The position numbers and the translations under genes are program-made. Positions 54,474-64,000 of a stretch of 64,000 bases of DNA are shown piece after piece. Every line of letters starts with the position of its first letter. Position 1 is the first letter of the stretch. The stretch spans positions 176,080,001-176,144,000 of the forward strand of contig OX597816.1 of NCBI GenBank assembly GCA_951406725.2, given 5' to 3'. The notes below the pieces were generated by a model that saw only the letters and a list, made by a program, of their open reading frames with translations, had not been told where the DNA came from and did not search any database. This stretch comes from Octopus vulgaris. Its lineage: Eukaryota.

Positions 54474-55072
54474 ATAAATATAATTATATAATTATAAAAT
54501 TATTATAAGGGCAACTACCAAGTAATGCCATATGCTAGAAAAAAGACGCCAAAAGGCTCTAAAACTACTAGATTTTATCCTTGATTATAATTGATAAATA
54601 TGAATTCACTTAAACGAAATTTATTCACTGCTGAAATATTTTGGTTATTCACACGTGGCTGAGATGAACGAACTAGATTTTTAACTTGTATATAAGTGTG
54701 AACATTTGTATATGGACTGTAAATATGTTGTGTATAAATGCTTAGAATTATGTACTTTTGGTTATGTCATACTGAGGACGGCAAAGTGGTATTACATCAC
54801 AAAACCAGAAATCGATCTATAGCTAAACTTTTTAAAAAAATCCTTTTTGTTCATTCCCTCGCTTTCAGCCTGTGTCTATGTGATAAATAAAGTAGTTTTA
54901 GAGCCTTTTGACGTCTTCTTCTAGCATGTGGCATTACTTGGTAGTTGCCCTTATTATAATTTTAAAATTATATTTATAAAATTATACACTTTGTATTAAT
55001 TTTTACCTTAACTGGCATCATGCTAGCTACTTCATAAAATCTTATATAGATTTTATCCTTGATTATAATTTA
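54470..55072 (+). mobile_element. Fold-back mini-element with hammerhead and a 24-bp terminal direct repeat, in (TA)n
   Basis: Inverted arms ~54495-54569 and ~54891-54965; TAGATTTTATCCTTGATTATAATT at 54569-54592 and 55047-55070. Confidence 0.8.
54768..54822 (+). ncRNA. Type I hammerhead motif (partly degenerate)
   Basis: ata-CTGAGGA-cgg...cca-GAAA-tcga-TC-tat; palindromic ATCGAT stem III. Confidence 0.65.
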
Positions 55073-55243
55073 TATATATATAACTTATACACACAAACAC
55101 ACACATACACACACACACACATGTTTATATATTTGTTTTGCAAGGTACCGGATGTCAAATTGAGGGTTGAAACAGTTATTATATTTGGAGATGGTTTTAT
55201 CTTTGGCAGTTAAACACAGGCACTAAATAAATCTTCACTTCAG

Positions 55244-55244
<1 letters not shown>

Positions 55245-55300
<56 letters not shown>

Positions 55301-55502
55301 CATTATGTTAGTGTCCTTTGTCTAAACTCTTCCGTCACACATCCTGCAAACTCTTCAGCAACCCTTTATCCCACTTGTCTCCTCTTGTCCTGTTTAATCC
55401 GTCAAGAATGGATTAAGAAGAACAAGAGGAGACACGTGGTATAAAGAGTCGTCGAAGAGGTCACAGGAGACGTGACGAAAGAGCTTAGACAAAGGACACT
55501 AA

Positions 55503-55533
<31 letters not shown>
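55245..55533. repeat. ~200 bp hairpin (55308-55503) extended by (TTA)n and (TAA)n arms
   Basis: TTAGTGTCCTTTGTCTAA versus TTAGACAAAGGACACTAA; arms contain a possible decayed HHR (GAAGA-g-gtcac...gtgac-GAAA). Confidence 0.8.
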
Positions 55534-55536
<3 letters not shown>

Positions 55537-56240
55537 GTGCAAAAGCTACCTTTATCAAAGAAAAAATGACAGAAACATCTAACGTTAACCTTGACCAGCA
55601 GAATGTCATAAAAGAATTAGACCCAGCGGAGAGCTACAAGTACCTAGGGATAATTGAAGGGAAGGGAATAAGGCGTTCAGTGATGAAGGAAAGGATCAGG
55701 AGAGAATGTTATCGCAGAGTAAGAGCAATACTTAAGACAGAGCTGAATGCGAAAAACAGGATCGAAGCGATAAATGCTTTAGCCATACCAGTCGTGACTT
55801 ACAGTTTCAATATCGTTAATTGGTCAATTACTGAAATATGTAATCTTGACAGAAAAATACGAAAACTGTTAACAATGCATAGAATGCACCACCCTAAGGC
55901 AGATACAGAACGACTTTATCTGCCAAGAAAAGAGGGAGACCGTGGACTTTTACAACTGGCATTAACAATGATGATTGCTACAATTGGCCTAGACACCTAC
56001 CTGAAAAACTCTGAGGACTGGATGTTAAAACTTGTCTCAAAACATGAAAACAAGAAAGCATCATACTCAGTAACAAAACAGGCAAAGGAATATCTAAGTG
56101 AATTCCAAATACAACAAATTCCGGAATTAGACATACGAGAAACAAACGCAGAAAAATCTAAGCGCATGAAAACCCGTGCTAAAAACTGCTGACTTAGAAA
56201 TTCTAACTGTTAAATGGCAAGAAAAACCTCTCAATGGCAA
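55534..56240 (+). mobile_element. Dong/R4 LINE fragment starting in (TAA)n
   Basis: KCAK...YKYLGI...ELNAKNRIEAIN...MHHPKADTERLYLPRKEG; paralogous to 37620-38335. Confidence 0.9.
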
Positions 56241-56295
56241 ATATGTATATATATATATATACGTATATACATATGTATGTATATATATATATATA

Positions 56296-56389
<94 letters not shown>

Positions 56390-56518
56390 TTATAATTAAG
56401 GGCTAAAGAAGGTTATTCTATAGCCAATACACTGATTTATCCACTTATAATCCACTTGTTACAGGAAAATTGAACTGAAAGCGGGCAACTAACCTTTAGA
56501 AAATTTAAATTTCGTTAT

Positions 56519-56579
56519 CTCTATATTGAATCAATTTCGGAATTAATCCTTATAAAGGATACATTCTTCTTCAGTAGAG
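56519..56579 (-). ncRNA. Type I hammerhead ribozyme motif in a ~465 bp unit (56390-56855) between (TA)n arrays
   Basis: Minus strand: ctcta-CTGAAGA-agaatgtatcctt-tat-aaggattaattcc-GAAA-ttgattcaa-TA-tagag. Confidence 0.88.
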
Positions 56580-56864
56580 CTTACGAGGGAACATAAATAA
56601 AATACTCACATGTGATCATGGAAAAAACAGAAGCTAAAAACACAACTACATTTAAGTACATCATTTATATCTAAAAATAAAAATTCCTTGGTTAGTCTCA
56701 GAACAACGTGTTGACCTATCGCCGCTACATATTGTAATGGTTACCGGTCCCCAAGATGTTTATACTTCAACCGTAAAGGTTTTTTTAATATACTGCCACG
56801 CTTTTTGATGGAATCCTTTTCTGTAGAGGAAGGGACCTCATCCTATATTGTTAGTATATATATA

Positions 56865-56937
<73 letters not shown>

Positions 56938-56975
56938 TGATCAAAATAAAATAAAAACATGATGCGAAGGATTCA

Positions 56976-57053
56976 GCGGTACATATGTTTCGGGCCTTTA
57001 TTAGACAGATTTATAACAATGCATAATGTATGTCTGTGGCCTTCTTCAGCCGC
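56976..57053 (-). ncRNA. Type I hammerhead ribozyme motif in a ~590 bp unit (56935-57528) between (TA)n arrays
   Basis: Minus strand: gcgg-CTGAAGA-aggcc...ggccc-GAAA-catatg-TA-ccgc. Confidence 0.88.
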
Positions 57054-57526
57054 GCACAACAGCTTCCACAAGGACATGTGTTACATCAAAAATTCTTGGT
57101 TGGGGATGCAAATCCTCTCATTCACGTACGACATAATGCGGCAGCAGCATAGAATTGAAGCGTCCATCTCTTTCTTCTCTCAATGTAGAATGAGGAAAAT
57201 TGGATGTTGAGGTAATGTAAATAAATAAATACATATATAGAGGTGAAGATGGAGGGGCGAGAGTTCGGGACGAGGGATAAAAAATGTATAAAAAGTGTAA
57301 GTATAGAATAATATAAAAATGTAGAGGATAAAGATATAAAGAGTTGTAAGGAGATGTAAAGGGGGTATAAAGAAATATAAAGAAATATAAATAAATGTAA
57401 AGGCATAAGGTTATAAAGTAAAAATAGAAATAGAAATAAAAGTAAAAAACCTGATAAAAACATGATAAAAGTGTAAAAGAATGTAAAGATAAGGGATGTA
57501 TAGAGGTTACGGACCAAGCATGGTGG

Positions 57527-60835
<3,309 letters not shown>

Positions 60836-61868
60836 AATTGATTTAATTATAGATACAATGTTATCCAGACATCCAAGTTTGCTGAGTATTTTCCATAGCA
60901 AGGCCCTATTAACTATATCAAAGGCCTTCGTTAAATCAATGAGTATATGGACAAGATCCATATTCTGCTCATAGCACTTCTGCATCTGTCTTGCTGTGAA
61001 AATCATATCCATTGTCTCTCTACCAGATCGGAAGCCACATTGAGATTCAGATAGGACATCATTTACGAGGCACCCATTCAGGCAGGTAAGAAGAATATTT
61101 TCCAGAACCTTGCCAGCAGCTGATAGTAGAGCAATACCTTTGCAGTTACCACACATTGTTCTGGCTCCTTTTCCTTTATAGAGGGGAAGAATAATTGCAT
61201 CCTTGCAGACTGCACTAATAAGTTCATGAAGGGACTGTATGATGTAAGCACCACCAAATCGCAAGGCCCCAGCACAAATTCCATCCTTTCCAGGTGCCCT
61301 ACCAAGATACAATTTACTTATTGCTGTCATTGCTCGCACCAGACTGTGGTCAGACAGCATTCCGATCCATGAAAGGACTTGACATTACAAATGTCACACA
61401 CTTGCGGATGATGACATAATCCAGCAAGTGCCAAACTTTAGACCTTGGTTGCATCCACGTTGTCGTGTGATCACCTTTGTGCATAAAATGAGTACTTGCA
61501 ATGTAAAGTCCATGTTCATCGCAAAGCTCCAGTAGCATGAGACCATTGCTATTCATTTTCCCTACTCCAAAACGTCCTGGAGAGTTCCATGTTTGCCAGG
61601 CTGTTCCAACCCTGGCATCGAAATACCCCAGTAGAATGGCTTTATCAGAATTAGAGTTTTTTTCCTAAGTATGGCTCTCAGCTGGGTATAAAAAATAGTT
61701 TTATCTTCATCACAGCTGGTCAAAGTAGGTATTTAAGCACTTATTAGAGCAGCAAACCGCCCACCTTTCAGTTGCAACCGTAGAGTCATTAGACATTCAT
61801 TTATAGGAACAGGAAGGTCCTCTAACTTCCTATGGATACCAGATCGAACTGTAAAGCCAACACCATTT
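60836..61868 (-). mobile_element. RTE (BovB-like) LINE fragment: endonuclease C-half and RT N-half, internally deleted
   Basis: GVGFTV, NSNGLMLLELC, WHLLDYVI, APGKDGI, SESQCGFR, DLTKAFD. Confidence 0.9.
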
Positions 61869-61914
61869 ATATATTTACAAATTTTTAGTATGTTTTTATT
61901 ATATTTTTTTATTC

Positions 61915-62428
61915 GGAAGTCCTGCGGCGATGGGAAGGTGGTGATGCAGACCTGACGGGTTGGAAGCATGTAGTCAGCGACCTGCACGTAGGCGGCCCAT
62001 GCTAGGTATAAAGTTGTCTCCTTATCGCCCAAGACAGCGGTAGGATTCGGTTGCTGCATGGGTGTCTGAGCAGCTCCATTTGGAGAGGGCACTGCTCACC
62101 AGGAAGCCGGGAAGGTTCTAGAAAAGGTGAACCAAAAATTGCCTGTCAGTTTAGCACGACTGACGGATGCCCACCCTGCGCTCGAAAAACAAAGAGAATT
62201 TTATTTACAAAATCTGGATGAAACTTGAACATTTCATGCTGGTATGTGCGCCCTCTGTTGGATAACTTGAGTGATTGTAATTGATACTCGCGTGCTGAAC
62301 CGTTATAACATTGATACAGCTGCACTTTCAGAGACTCGTATACAAGATGATGGACAGCTTGAGGAAGTAGGAGGTGGATACACCTTTATTTAGAAGGGGA
62401 GTTAGAAGGGGGAACACAGAGATATGGG
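61915..62428 (+). mobile_element. Inverted 5' part of the RTE (putative 5' UTR plus endonuclease N-terminus)
   Basis: RYNIDTAALSETRIQDDGQLEEVGGGYTFI*KG...EHR, ending where the minus-strand GVGF begins. Confidence 0.8.
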
Positions 62429-62438
62429 TATATATATG

Positions 62439-62469
<31 letters not shown>

Positions 62470-62680
62470 ATTCTTTTGTTCTTTTTTTTTATTTGTTTCA
62501 TCATTTGACTGCGACCATGCAGGATTACCGCCTTTAGTGGAACAAATCGATCTCAGGACTTATTCTTTGTACGCCTAGTACTTATTTTATCGGTCTCTTT
62601 AGCCGAACCGCTAAGTTACGGGGACGTAAACACACCGAAATCGGTTGTCAAGCGATGGTGGGGGACAAACACAGACGCAC
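62470..62680 (-). mobile_element. SINE 3' half
   Basis: Reverse-complement homolog of 13755-13952. Confidence 0.8.
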
Positions 62681-62693
62681 AAACATAAACGCG

Positions 62694-62737
<44 letters not shown>

Positions 62738-62792
62738 CATATACATACACATATATATATATATGCATATATATATATATATATATATATAT

Positions 62793-64000
62793 AACGGGAA
62801 GCTTTATGAAAATAAACAAAAGACGAAGGCAGGTGGAAAACAAACGAACAATTGTATTAGTATGGCGCTCAGGAAATATAAATAAAACAAGTCTTTAACG
62901 TTTCGAGCCTACGCTCTTCAACAGAAAGATACACAGAGAGAGAAAAACACAGAAAGAAGGAGAGAAAAAAATGCGTGCAGTAGCTAACGAATCAACATGG
63001 CGATCTGATTTCGGCCAGAGGTCAAAGATCAAACATGAGACGCGAGAGCGAAATAAGGGGAGATAATAGGGTTGATAAATGGGTTGAGGGACCAGCTAAA
63101 AGTGCGTGGGAGGGGTCTGGATGTGTGTATGTATAGGGTTGGTGTATGTATTAGTATGTATAAGGGTGTGTGTGTGTGTGTGTGTGTGTGTATGAGAGAG
63201 TATTAGTGCGTAAGATTGGTCTGGACGTGCGTATGTATGGGGTTGGTGTATGTATTAGTATGTATTAGTATGTATTAGTACGTATTGGTATGTATAGGTG
63301 TGTGTGTGTGTGTGAGAGAGAGTATAAGTGCGTATGCGGGGTCTGGACGTGTGTATGTATAGGGTTGGTGTAAGTATTAGTATGTACTAGTATGTATTAG
63401 TACGTATTAGTATGTATTAGTTGGTGTGTGTATTAGTATGGCACATCATATGTGATGTGATGTGTAAAGTCATGTGGTGTAGTGAGGAGAAGAGGGGGAG
63501 GGGGAGAAGAGGGGGAGGAGAAGGGGAGGAGAAGGTGGGAGAGGAGAGGATGGGGGAGAAGGAAGGGGATGAGGGGGATGAAGGAGGAAAGAGGGAGAGG
63601 GGGAGAGAGAAGGGGAGAGAGGGAGTGGGGAGCAGAGGGAAGGGGAAGAGGGAGGGAGAAAGAGGGAAGAAGGGAAGGGGAGTAGGGGTGAAAGGATGAA
63701 GGACTGAAGAAGTAGGGGTCGGGGGAGAAAGGATAGGTGAGGAGGGGGGAGAGGGGGTTAGATGAGGAGGGGGAGAGGGGGGTTAGATGAGGAGGGGGAG
63801 AGTTGAGACCAAATGGCGTATAAGAGCGAAGAGAGAAGATTAATTCCTGTTCACGGCGCAAACGGGAATCCGGATGGCCTCTGTGTAAGGACAAACCGAA
63901 CACAGATAGGTGTTGCAAGGAGTGACCGGTGGAACGGAAATGGCGTGAGACCGGTGTGTCGTTCGCAAGGTGGATGTCACGAAGGTGTTCCGCGAACCGG
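62793..64000 (-). mobile_element. Neptune-type PLE 3' end (GIY-YIG C-terminus plus pLTR with variant HHR at 62892-62929)
   Basis: RFAEHLRDI...QHLSVFGLSLHRGHPDSRLRREQELIF, close to 32990-33190; ends in (TA)n. Confidence 0.88.

Overview
AT-rich, microsatellite-dense eukaryotic DNA with no recognisable host gene. The SINE and repeat vocabulary suggests an octopus/cephalopod genome (inference). Nearly all of it is nested, mostly decayed transposable elements: Penelope-like elements (Neptune-type and Naiad-type), Dong/R4 LINEs in (TAA)n and (CATA)n arrays, RTE LINEs, mariner and DD37D Tc1/mariner, a hAT, non-autonomous Helitrons and tRNA-derived SINEs. The main unexplained signal is about 16 type I hammerhead ribozyme (HHR) motifs, read by eye. 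Many lie in short non-coding fold-back elements embedded in (TA)n. One (20145-20720) has a tRNA-derived Pol III head and looks like a SINE mobilised by Penelope-type machinery. Other oddities: a ~1 kb near-identical inverted duplication around a 10 kb Naiad, a ~500 bp satellite block in which every T is C, a Dong derivative associated with (CATA)n, and a twin-priming-like RTE inversion. All alignments and folds were done by eye, so boundaries are approximate.
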